From contig NC_057752.1 in NCBI RefSeq assembly GCF_004010195.1, positions 3,776,726-3,840,725 on the forward strand: 64,000 nt of DNA. Reading direction: 5' to 3'. The position numbers were made by a program, and so were the translations under genes. Under the pieces are notes generated by a model. The model made no database searches and was not told where the DNA came from. It worked only from the letters and a program-made list of their open reading frames with translations. Numbering within the stretch: the first letter of the stretch is position 1; every line of letters begins with the position of its first letter. Positions 1-10,606 of this stretch are shown one piece after another. This stretch comes from Chiloscyllium plagiosum. Taxonomy: Eukaryota.

Positions 1-412
1 CCCTCCTTCGGTACACCTTCCCCATGCTGCCTCAATCTCCCCTGCTCTCGTTGTCGCTGCAGATGTTGGGGGAATCTCAACGCTGCGCTGGGCTTGCTCC
101 TGGGATCTCAGGCCACTGAAGCCCTGATGCAGGCACCATATGTGCAATGCCTTAGCCTCATCTTCAGTGTGCGCGCCATGCATCAGGAGCTCATTGAGAG
201 TCTTGGGTCAGCTCCCCAGCCACTACTTCGCACTAGACATCCAGCCAACTGCCAAACTCAACAAGCCCGATACCAGCGCCACTGCTGCCTCCCTCCAGGC
301 GGTAAGTTCTGAGAAAAACTAAAGTTAAGAACAAAAGGAAAAAGAAACGAGAGAAGAGAAAAGGGAACGAAAAATGCACACAAAGTGGATGAGCCTACTC
401 TGCCGCCATCTT
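1..412 (-). mobile_element. Possible 5' end of an L1-clade LINE (5' UTR and start of ORF1), truncated by the window edge
   Basis: Minus strand begins CAAGATGGCGGC (YY1-like motif typical of L1 5' ends) at about 412-401, followed by a pyrimidine tract and GC-rich sequence. No protein motif confirmed. Confidence 0.3.
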
Positions 413-1129
413 GTGCAAACCTCCAGACTGCACAGACCAGGGACGTGCGACCTCGGACCATGCGGGCGTGGTCTGGTGTCATGGCCTGCACTGCCATCTC
501 AGATGGAAGAGGTTATTCCCTCTCTGCACCACCCAAACCTCCAGGTCCCTGCTGGCAAAGCAGGTTACCAATTTTCCCATCTGCCATGTCTGAGGCAAAC
601 GTGTAGGGCAGCTGTGGATTGATAGTGCTTGTCCAGTGGACAACGAACCTTTTGAGATGGCACTGGCACCAGAGATGTCAGTTCTGGGCTATTCCAGCAG
701 TGGTGATTTCTTCAGGCTATGATGAGTTGGGTGAGAGGGGGCGCAGTAATCGCCACGTGGGTAATTAATGAGGTACGTTTTGTACAATGTGCCAAGCAAC
801 TGCGCAAGGCTTCACTGAGAGAAACCCTCCCTGAAACGGGACAAGACTGACTCTTTGCTCCAAAAAAAAGGCAAGCTTCAGCCCTCTGTTACTGTTATTG
901 AAGTCAATTGGTGTGTTTGCTTTGATCCTGGGTAGCAGTCAGTTCCGCAAACCGGGTCTCATTGGGAATTTTATACGTTTACACATTTTGTGATGACTTG
1001 TGGAACAGTGGGGGCGTCATTATTGGTGCACTATTCCAAGTTAAGTTGTGAAAAAAAGTCATGAAGAAAAGGTTACCGGACAAATTGATTTAACTCGTAA
1101 CCAATATCGTGAAAGGCAAGTTATTTGGA

Positions 1130-1232
1130 CATTTGCCGTACGCAAGTTGGTTGCAGTGTTTCCTACGTTGCAGTAGGGAACGGACTTCAAAAAGCACTTC
1201 ATTGGCAGTGCTATATAAATTCAAGTCTTTTA
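1130..1232 (+). mobile_element. Deu-SINE (SacSINE1/AmnSINE1-like) 3' tail
   Basis: gcaagttggttgcagtgtttcctac...cttcaaaaagcacttcattggc...gctatataaattcaagtctttt resembles the tail of this SINE group. Related sequence lies at 33740-33860 and 62890-63100. Confidence 0.5.
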
Positions 1233-1795
1233 TTCATCACAGCCTCTGAATAAACAGAAAGCTTCATAAACAAAAAAATTATGTATTCTCGAACTATACC
1301 TTTCTGCTGCCCTCAAAGTAGCTTTACTGTGAAGTCCTGTGATTTTTAATGATTCAAAGAAATTGTCTCATTCATCAATTTATTTAGTTTCCAGGATATT
1401 ATCACAACAACCGCATTGAGCTGTGTAGAAATCAATAAAATGCAGGTGCCGCACTGTCAGTGGGCCTGTGATAATGTGTCAAGCAATTGCTCATTAAATC
1501 TCAGAGGACAGCACTCTTAATTCCCCAGAGAAACCTAAAGTAGGCTCCATTCCAAAAGAGGCAGCTTCCTGATGGACTACTCTGAAAATCCAAGTTCTTG
1601 TGTCCCCTATTGCTCTTGTAAGTATGGTGATCCCTGTCACTGAATTCCCCTCATACTCTCCCACTGTGAAAACAGTAAACCAAGAAAGATTTACAGACGT
1701 TATAAACACAAATCCTTTTGGGGAGATACTTACCATCTGCATACACAAGAGAAATATTTTCTTTCAAATTCAAGCATAATCAAGCAATATAACTA

Positions 1796-2005
1796 GAATA
1801 ACTCCACGGAGGCCAGTATCCTGTCACCATGTCACCCTTTAGTTACACGTGTACAGTACATGGACTCTGACCGGCCTACTCCGAGTCAGTCCCTAGACTA
1901 TGGAGATGCTCTGAGACTCCTGTTTATATCTGTCAGCCAGAGCTCCCTGATAGACCCCAGATTAACAGCCCCAATCAGGGAACTCATACTTAGTGGAGTT
2001 CACGC
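1796..2005 (-). mobile_element. Solo LTR of the Gypsy family seen at 8930-13318
   Basis: Reverse complement shares gagttccctgattgggg, ctggctgacagatataaacaggag and ggcctc(c/t)gtggagttatt with the LTRs at 8930 and 13095. Confidence 0.75.
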
Positions 2006-2101
2006 TCACAGGGGGAGGCAATGGCCTAGTGGTATTGTCGTGCGACTATTAATCCAGAGACCCAGGTAATGTTCTGGGGACACGGGTTCAAATCCTGCCA
2101 C

Positions 2102-3986
2102 TAATATTGGGCCCTTGAAGACAGAAACGGGTGAATTTATTGTGGGGAACAAGGAAATGGCAAAAGAGTTGAATAGGTACTTTGGATCTGTCTTCACTGG
2201 GGAAGACACAAGCAATCTCCCAGCTGTAATAGTGGCTGAAGGACTGAGGGTAATGGATGAACTGAAGGGAATTTATATTAGACAGGAAATGATGTTGGAC
2301 AGACTGTTAGGTCTGAAAGCTGACAAGTCCCTGGGAGTACTTAAGGAGGTGGCTCTAGAAATCGTGGATGCATTGGTAATCATTTTCCAATGTTCTATAC
2401 ATTCAGGATCAGTTCCTGAGGATTGGAGCGTGGCTAATGTTTTCCCACTTTTCACGAAAGGAGGGAGAGAGAAAACAGGGAATTATAGACTGGCTAGCCT
2501 GACGTCAGTGGTGGGAAAGATGCTGGAGTCAATTATAAAAGATGAAATTACGACATATTTGGATAGCAGTAACAGGATAGGTCAGAGTCAGCATGGATTT
2601 ACGAAGGGGAAATCGTGCTTGACTAATCTTCGGGAATGTTTTGAGAATGTAACTATGAAGATGGACAAGGGAGAGCCAGTGGATGTTGTGTACCAGGACT
2701 TTCAGAAAGCCTTTGATAAAGTCCCACATAGGAGATTAGTGAGCAAAATTAGGGCACATGGCATTGGCGGCAAAATACTGACTTGGATTGAAAATTGTCA
2801 CAATTAGAGTGGTACTGGAAAAGCACAGCAGGTCAGGCAGCATCCAAAGAGCAGGAAAATCAATGTTTCAGGCAAAAGCCCTTCATCAGAAATGAGGATT
2901 GAAAATTGGCTGGCTGACAGGAAGCAAAGAGTAATGATAAACAGGTCCCTTTCAGAATGGCAGGCAGTGACCAGTGGGGTACCACAAGGTTCGGTGCTGG
3001 GATCGCAGCTGTTTACAATACACATTAATGATATAGATGAAGGTATTAAAAGTAATATTAGTAAATTTGCTGATGACACACAGCTGGGCGGCAGGGTGAA
3101 ATGTGAGGAGGATGTTATGAGAATACAGCGAGACTTGGACAGGCTAGGTGAGTGGACGGATGCATGGCACATGCAGTTTAATAAATGTGTGATTATCCAC
3201 TTTGGTGGCAAGAACAGGAAGGCAGATTACTATCTAAATGGAGTTAAGTTAGGTAAAGGGAAAGTATGACAAGCTCTAGGTGGTCTTGTACATCGGTCAA
3301 TGAAAGCAAGCATGCAGGTACAGCAGGCAGTGAAGAAAGAAAGCTAATGGCATGCTGGCCTTCATAACAAGTGGAATTGAGTATAGGAGCAGAGAGATTC
3401 TTCTGCAGCTGTACATGGCCCTGGTGAGACCACACCTGGAGTATTGTGTGCAGTTTTGGTCTCCCAAATTTGAAAAAGGACATTCTGGCTATTGAGAGAA
3501 TGCAGCAAAAGTTCACGAGGTCAATTCAGAATGGTGGGACTATCATATGGTGAAAGATTGGAGCGATTGGACTTGTACACACTTGAGTTTAGAAGGATGA
3601 GAGGGGATCTGATCGAGACATATAAGACTATTAAAGGATTGGACACTCTGTAGGCAAGAAGCATGTTTCCGCTGAGGGGTGAGTCCAGAACCAGAGGTCA
3701 CAGTTTAAAAATAAGGGGTAGGCCATTTAGAACAGAGTTGAGGAGAAACCTCTTCACCCAGAGAGTGGTGAGTGTGTGGAATGCTCTGCCCCAGAAGGCA
3801 GTGGAGGCCAAGTCTCTGGATACTTTCAAGAAAGAGATGGATAGAGCTCTTAAAGATAGTGGAATCAAGGGTTATAGGGATAAGGTAGAAACAGGATACT
3901 GATTGTGGATGATCAGCCATGATCATAATGAATGGTGGTGCTGGCCTGAAGGACCGAATGGCCTACTCCTGCACCTATTATCTATT
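2102..3986 (+). mobile_element. CR1 LINE, 5'-truncated, degenerate ORF2 reverse transcriptase and 3' UTR
   Basis: ORFs 2115-2807 and 2892-3269 give NYRLASLTSVVGKMLE, QHGFTKGKSCLTNL, DFQKAFDKVPH, SGVPQGSVLG, KFADDT. C-terminus SRTRGH...FTQRVVSVWNALP. Confidence 0.95.
2798..2895 (-). mobile_element. Mini Penelope-like (pLTR) insertion with hammerhead-like core
   Basis: Flanked by the 13-bp duplication ggattgaaaattg (2785-2797 and 2896-2908). Homologous to the 3' end of the GIY-YIG element at 61430-62488. Confidence 0.8.
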
Positions 3987-4666
3987 GGCAGATGGTGGAA
4001 TTTGAATTCAATAAAAAACAAATCTGGAATTAAGAGTCTAATGATGATCATGAATCGATTGTCAGAAAAACCCATCTGGCTCACTATTGTCCTTGAGGGA
4101 AGGAAACTGCTGTCCTTACCTGGTCTGGCCTACATGTGACTCCAGACCCACAGCAATGGGGTTGACTCTTAACTGCCCTGTGGGATGGCCTAGCCAGCGA
4201 CATCCTCATCCCATGAATGAATAAAGAACCAAAATATTTTTTTCAAAAATGAGATCTACCTAGCCAAGCTCATTCCAATCATTACAATAACCCAAGATAA
4301 TCAGGTTTGCTTTGAGAATACCGAGGATAATGTTAACATTCTGACACACTGGTAGCATGGACGAGGTGAGGAGTCTTCTGGGGGGCAGGCTGGTGGCTCT
4401 CACAATAGCGTATAGAAAGCCGAGAAGGTTTCACTCCATAGTAAGTGATGCCTGTGCTCAACAGTTTCCGGAAGTTACCGTGATGGACTGCTTGGCTCCC
4501 GGTGGAGCAGGGAGTACTCTGGAGGAAGCTGGAGGACCTAAGAGATCTTCTCCCTGACCCTTGAGAACGGGGGTGGGGGGGGAGCTGGAAGGAGATTGGG
4601 TGGGGTCAGTGATCATGAATGTCTGATCCAAGTTAGAGTGAGGTGTGCTGTATGCGGAGTCTGATC

Positions 4667-5136
4667 ATAGGATCCCTACAGTGTGGAAACAGGCCATTCA
4701 GCCCAACAGGTTCGCACCGACCCTCCAAAGAGCATCCCACCCAGACCCACATCCCCCCCCCACCCCATCCATGTAACCCTATATTCCCCATGGCTAATCC
4801 ACCCTAACCTGCACATCCCTGAACTCTACAGGGCAACTTCCCATGGCTAATCCACCCTAACCTGCACATTTTTGGACTGTGGGAGGAAATCGGAGCACCC
4901 GGAGGAAACACATGCAGACACAGGGAGAATGTGCAAACTCCACACAGACAGTCGCCCGAGGCAGGGACTGAACCAGGTTCCTGGTGCTGTCAGGGTTAGA
5001 GTGGTGCTGGAAAAGCACAGCAGGTCAGGCAGCATCTGAGGAGCAGGAAAATCAACGTTTCGGGCAAAAGCCCCTCATCACTCTAATCTAGATTCCTGGT
5101 CAGGCAGCAGTGCCAACCACTGAGCCACCATGCCAC
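4667..5136 (-). mobile_element. HE1 (V-SINE) interrupted by a mini-PLE at about 4995-5090
   Basis: Minus strand ggtggcatggtggctcagtggttggcactgctgcc head and V-domain ctgtgtggagtttgcacattctccc. Tail tttccacactgtagggatc. Confidence 0.85.
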
Positions 5137-5934
5137 CCCGATGGTGAGAAGGAGCTTCGGGGTAAGTACTCCTGCTCCAGCAAGCCTCCAGAGTGTTGTG
5201 AAGGCACTTGCCTTCTTCCAGAAGCTGTTCTCACTTCACTACTGCTGCCTAAGGCCCAGAAAACATGGCTGTTTGCAGGTCAAAAGAAACCGGCTGCTTA
5301 TACCCGAGGCCTCCAATCTAAGCAGGTTATTCTGAAAGGCCCAGCTGCTTGCTGGAAGTGGGACGACTGCCCATCATTCACCCCAACTGAGCAAAATGTG
5401 GCATTATCACTGAGGTATGGAAATGGTCGTAATACAGAAGGAAGCCTTTGGACCCATTGTGTCCATCAGTGGGCTGGAGCCCATTTCCACTTTCACCTGC
5501 CACCATTTTGCCATCATTAGAAAAAAATTTGTGGAGGTGGAGGGGGGGGGTCTTTTATCCAATACCACAGCAGTGATGACAGTGCAAGAACGCCTCACTG
5601 GATGTCACGCAATGTTGGATGGCAGAGGTGAGGAACGCCACTGTGTAGATAAGGGGGGGTTTTGTTCTCTTTCCTTCCACTGGTGAATGCAGTGCTCAGG
5701 GTAGAACTACATTGTACAGATAAAGAAGTTCCCATTTGGGATTAGTAGCAGCAGTACAGAACTTTGTCTCAGAACCTCTTAGCAAGAACTTGGGGAATCT
5801 AACCTGCAAAGTTTCCTGTGCTGAGTAAAAAAGCACTTATAATGCTATGTGGTGAGACTTGTGAAGTGCATTTGAAAGAAATCATTTTTCTAATCAGCAA
5901 AGAGAGGAATTTGTTTCCTCAAATTGCTGTCAAA

Positions 5935-6592
5935 TAGTCATGCAGCACAGAAACAGACCCTTCAGTCCAACTCATCCATGGTGATCACACGTCCCAATCT
6001 AATTCAGTCCCATTTGACAGCATTTGGCCCATATTCCTCTAAACCCTACAAAGAATCCCCACAGTGTGGAAGCAGGCCATTCTGCCCATCAAGTTCATAC
6101 CAGCCCTCTAAAGAGTGTCCCACCCCATCCCTGTAACCCTGCATTTTCCATGATTAATCTACCTAGCCTGCACATCTTTGGACTGTGGGAGGAAACTGGA
6201 GCACCCAGAGGAAATCCATGCAGACATGGGGAGAACGTGCAAACTCCATACAGACAGACAAACACCAGAGGGTGGGACTGAACCCATGTCCCTGGCGCTG
6301 TAAGGCAGCAGTGCTAACTACTGAGCCTCCATGCCACCCTCCTCTTCATATACCCACCCAGATGCTTTTTAAACGTTGTAATTGTACCAGCCTCCACCAC
6401 TTCCTCTGGCTGCTCATTCCACACACACACCACTGTGGGTGAAAAAGTTACCTCTCAGATGCCTTTTAAAATCTTTCCCCTCTCACCTTAAACCTATGAC
6501 CTCTAGTTTTGGACTCCCCTACCCTGGAGAAAAGACCTTAGCTATTCACCCAATCCATGCCCCTTTTATAAACTTCTATAAGGTCACCCCTC
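5935..6592 (-). mobile_element. CR1 3' end split by an HE1 SINE (6051-6337, minus strand)
   Basis: CR1 3' UTR (gggtctgtttctgtgctgcatgact) and C-terminal coding remnants lie on both sides of a V-domain SINE. Confidence 0.8.
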
Positions 6593-9045
6593 CGCTATGT
6601 TGGTTACGATGTCCTCCCAGATTGGATTGGGCCGTCCACGATCATTCTCCAGGGTCACAAAAACATGAACAGCCACATGACACAGGAGAAAACCAACATC
6701 TACAGACTTGTATCTCAACTGGAGTGGAAGATAGACACAACTATTCTGAGGTTGGACGATCTGTTTTCAGTAATGCAACAATCACTTACACAGAGGCATT
6801 GCACAGCTGTGATATAAAACAAAACTTCCTTTCATCTGCTTTCCACTCGGAAGAGTACACTCCTATTCCACTGTGGCATTCCTGTTCCCGTCTCATCATC
6901 TTTCCGAGTAAGATTGACAATCGAGTGCCAATTAGTGCTGAATTACAGGCAACTGTGTGCTCTGGACTCTTATCTATTTGAAATTCAGTAGTCCAAACTA
7001 ATTTCACTTGGGCCTCCTGTACCTGTCACAGTTAAGACTTGCAGCCATCAGTCTGAGCTGATAAGCCTGTGTTCCAATTCGCGACATCACCCTGTTCCCC
7101 TTTTGAAACTACTGCTAAATAATAACACTTCATCCACCACAAAGCAGATTGTCCTTCTTATCAACAATTTCACCAATCATCGGCTTCTGAGCTATCTTTC
7201 CCGCAGCTGCACTCACTTTATTTATTGAAAAGTTTCAGAGGACAGTGAAGGATCTGAAAAGCTTATGAGAGTTGTGCAAAGGCCAGAGAACACACAAGAG
7301 AAAAGAAAAAGAGAGAATTAGACTTCAAAAGAGAAGACAGGGGAATGCAAAATGAGGTAAAGTCAGGTGACTGAAGCGCTGAAGTGTTTGAGGGCTAGTC
7401 AGAGAGACTGGAATCAAAATGAACTCCCATGAAGGTAAAACAGCTAAAAGGACAAGGGAGACCGCTGCAATATATCGGACCAATCAATGGCATTTCAAGC
7501 TCGAATGAGAGGCACTTTATCCAAATCCACCAAATGGGAAATCCATGCAATTGGCCAGAATGTTACTTTTACATCACAACAGAAGTCAAAGTTAAGTGGA
7601 GTATAAACTCAGTGCCTAATCCCATTGATTTCCTCTATGCATGTTAGGTTAAAATGACCACAATTTGGCTCCCTGGTTAAAAAATAGTTTTACACGTAAT
7701 TAAATAAGTATCCTTGGCAGTGTTCCTGAATAGTGGAATGCAGCAAAATACCTGATGGTTACTATCATTTTGTTCTGGGGTTGCAGCTGGATACGAGGTA
7801 TCCACTACTCAAGCCAAGTCTCTATCCAACCAGTTATCTGTCATGGCCGCTTCCTGCTTTTGGATTGGTCAGAATGAGAAGATCGCAAACCAGAGCGCCA
7901 GCATTTGGCAGAAGCAACATCTTATTACTGGGATCGTGAGGAGACCCATAAGGGGAAAAAAAACCCCACTGTCAAACTGCAGTAAACATCTGCAAGAACC
8001 ATGAATGATTTTGCAAGCGCAGACACAACAGATCAGTGAAGCAAGTAAGATAAATGGATCCACGAGACAACTAGATGTGCTGCTGAAAAAAAAAGAGATT
8101 GATGTGTTTTGTTTAGTCAGCCAGGTGTCCAAAACACACGTAAACCAATCACTAATCTTTCGAGCATTCAAAGCAAGTGAGTCAGAAATCCATGCAGGTA
8201 GGTTATGGTGCACACATTCAATCCTGATAGGGATATATTGTCACAAATGAGAAGGCCTGCTACCTTCAATGACTAATCTACTCCTTAAGACTTCACTTAG
8301 TGAGTCACAGTCTGTGGACACTGTGGACACGCCTGATTGGGCATGAGATAATTACATTTGCCCCCAACCCCCCAAAAAAGACGGCTGTGTTCAAATCTTC
8401 CTTCACCAGGTCTGCCATCTTGATTTTAAAGAGATTGCCCTCCTCTTTCCACAGTCCCATAAAGTTCACAATTCGTTGGCCAAACTGCAAATGTTTTTGT
8501 TCAGTGCCAGGAGCTTTCATTACTTGCAGGATGAACATCACAGCTTGCCAAATGTGTGCGCGCACATTACCTCGAAAAAGACGATAGAAAATTGGAATTG
8601 AGATGAATGAGAGGGTCAGTTTGTTGGCTGAAAGGAGCTCTCCCCGATACTAAAATTTCTTATGTTCCCAAGACGTATCGATGTCTAAAGCCTTGCATTA
8701 TTAAGAGTTTAGAATTCCAAAAAGTGCATTGTGACCACCAAAACATGGATTTGTCGAGCACCTTTGAATGCCCCAAGATGTTGCACAACAACACTTTTGA
8801 GTCATATAATGAGGCATGAGGGCAGGTGACCAAAAGGTTAATTAAAGAGGTTGAAGGTCAAAGCTATTATACTAATCTGTCTGTTATAGGCTGTTGCTCA
8901 CTTCTGCTAGTTAATGCTCTCATTATTAGTGTACTGATTGTAACAAGGTCAGTCAGGTGGACCTCAGAATATGAGTTCCCTGATTGGGGCTGTTAACCTG
9001 GTCCAATCAGGGCACCCTGACTGACAGAGAAAAACAGGAGTGTCA

Positions 9046-9313
9046 CACTATACATACACAAACAGATGTTGTGGGGAAAATATAAGCACCACTGCTGTTC
9101 GGTAGTAGTGTGGGGGAATAAGAAAACAAACAAACAGAGGATTCCAAAGGGCTCCTCAGTCTAGGGACAGGCTTTGAGTGGGCTAGTTACAGCCCATGTA
9201 CAGGGCACATATAAATAAAGGGTGACTTAGTGATGGGATACCGGCCTCTGTGCAGTTTATTTCAGTGGTGACGGGAGAAAAAAATGAAAAAAGAAGAAAA
9301 AGAAATAGAAAGA
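9046..9313 (+). mobile_element. Tx1-clade LINE 3' tail plus transduced LTR half, PBS and poly(A), inserted in the Gypsy 5' LTR
   Basis: 9046-9116 matches 15681-15753. It is followed by an LTR 3' half ending ttatttca (9264), PBS-like tggtgacggg and an A-rich tail. Flanked by aaacaggagtgtca / aaaaagaagtgtca (12 of 14 identical). Confidence 0.75.
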
Positions 9314-9445
9314 AAAAAGAAGTGTCAGAGATTCTCACAGTCTAAGCGTTGGCTTTGAGGGAGCTGGACTAATTTCAAGAACTTTCAATGTGTAAATAAA
9401 GGATGACTTGGTGAAGGGATATCAACTTCCATGCTGTTACTTCAG

Positions 9446-9455
9446 TGGTGACGAG
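9446..9455 (+). promoter_or_regulatory. Primer-binding site, probably tRNA-Ser(GCU)
   Basis: TGGTGACGAG immediately after the LTR end, one CpG-type change from TGGCGACGAG, the complement of the vertebrate tRNA-Ser(GCU) 3' end CUCGUCGCCA. Confidence 0.7.
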
Positions 9456-10170
9456 TAAAACACATTCCTGAAGAAACTCACTTGCAACATTGTCTTTGAG
9501 TTGGGGTAAGCATTTCTGGCACCATGCCATTATTAGTGGAGCTTGACCCATTTGATCCTGTTGAAAACAGCCCAGTATGTGAAAAGAATGTGTTATTTTC
9601 TTTCCTGGAAAATGACATTGGGGCAAATGAAAAGCAATGAGTAATTCTCCTGACAGTTTGTGGACCCGCAGCTTTTTCAGTTATTAGGAGCTGAACTTTC
9701 CCTGAGGCACCAGGTACTAAAACTTTTTAAGAGTTGATGGATTTGGTTCCCAAACCTCCTCTATTCTGAGACACTACTGGTTTTACTTGGCAATTCAAGA
9801 ACCAGTGGAATCCATACTGGCATTTTTGACAAGATCAAGATGGCTGGCAGAGGCATGTGACTTTGGTTTAACCCTTAATGAGATGTTGAGAGACTGGTTG
9901 GAATGTGGGATTAATGGTGTAACCATGCAAAAATGCTGAAGCCCAACATGACTTCAAACAGGCACTCCAACTGGCTTTGTCATTAGAAAATGTGGCAATT
10001 GGAGCATATGAGTTACAGAGGATGCCGGTGGAAGTGGGCATCATTGCCAGTTTGACTGAGCTTGGAGGACACCATTTCAGTGAAAGCAATTGCATAGCCT
10101 CACTCAGGACATATCCTGAACAGAGGGACTTTAGGTCAGCGCACAGCAAAACCCCAAAGTAAACCCAGCC

Positions 10171-10606
10171 TATAGGGAGAGGCTGAACAAGCTGGGGCTG
10201 TTTTCCCTGGAGTGTCGGAGGCTGAGGGGTGACCTTATAGAGGTTTACGAAATTATGAGGGGCATGGATAGGGTAAATAGGCAAAGTCTTTTCCCTGGGG
10301 TCGGGGAGTCCAGAACTAGAGGGTATAGGTTTAGGGTGAGAGGGGAAAAATATAAAAGAGACCTAAGGGGCAACTTTTTCACACAGAGGGTGGTATGTTT
10401 TTGGAATGAGCTGCCAGAGGAAGTGGTGGAGGCTGGTACAATTGCAACATTTAAGAGGCATTTGAATGGGTATATGAATAGGAAGGGTTTGGAGGGATAT
10501 GGGCCGGGTGCTGGCAGGTGGGACTGGATTGGGTTGGGATTTCTGGTCGAAATGGATCGGTTGGACCAAAGGGTCTGTTTCCATGCTGTACATGTCTATG
10601 ACTCTA
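10171..10606 (+). mobile_element. CR1 3' end inserted in Gypsy gag
   Basis: ORF 10255: GESRTRGYRFRVRGEKYKRDLRGNFFTQRVVCFWNELP, followed by the CR1 3' UTR ending atgactcta. Confidence 0.9.

Larger units (their letters stand above)
2012..4225 (+). mobile_element. tRNA-headed SINE split in two (2012-2101 and 3987-4225) by a CR1 insertion
   Basis: A-box TGGCCTAGTGG and B-box GGTTCAAATCC. The body resumes at ggcagatggtggaatttgaattc (3987) and ends catcccatgaatgaataaa. Other copies at 15015-15325 and 16690-17060 confirm the continuity. Confidence 0.8.

Noticed and set aside
2012..2101. tRNA gene
   Set aside because: A/B boxes are present, but it is the head of a multi-copy SINE that continues into a SINE body.
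2115..2807. 230-aa ORF as a host gene
   Set aside because: It is CR1 reverse transcriptase, 5'-truncated and broken by an insertion.
6382..6981. 199-aa ORF
   Set aside because: The first third is antisense CR1 3' end, and the remainder has no recognisable motif; likely a chance open frame.
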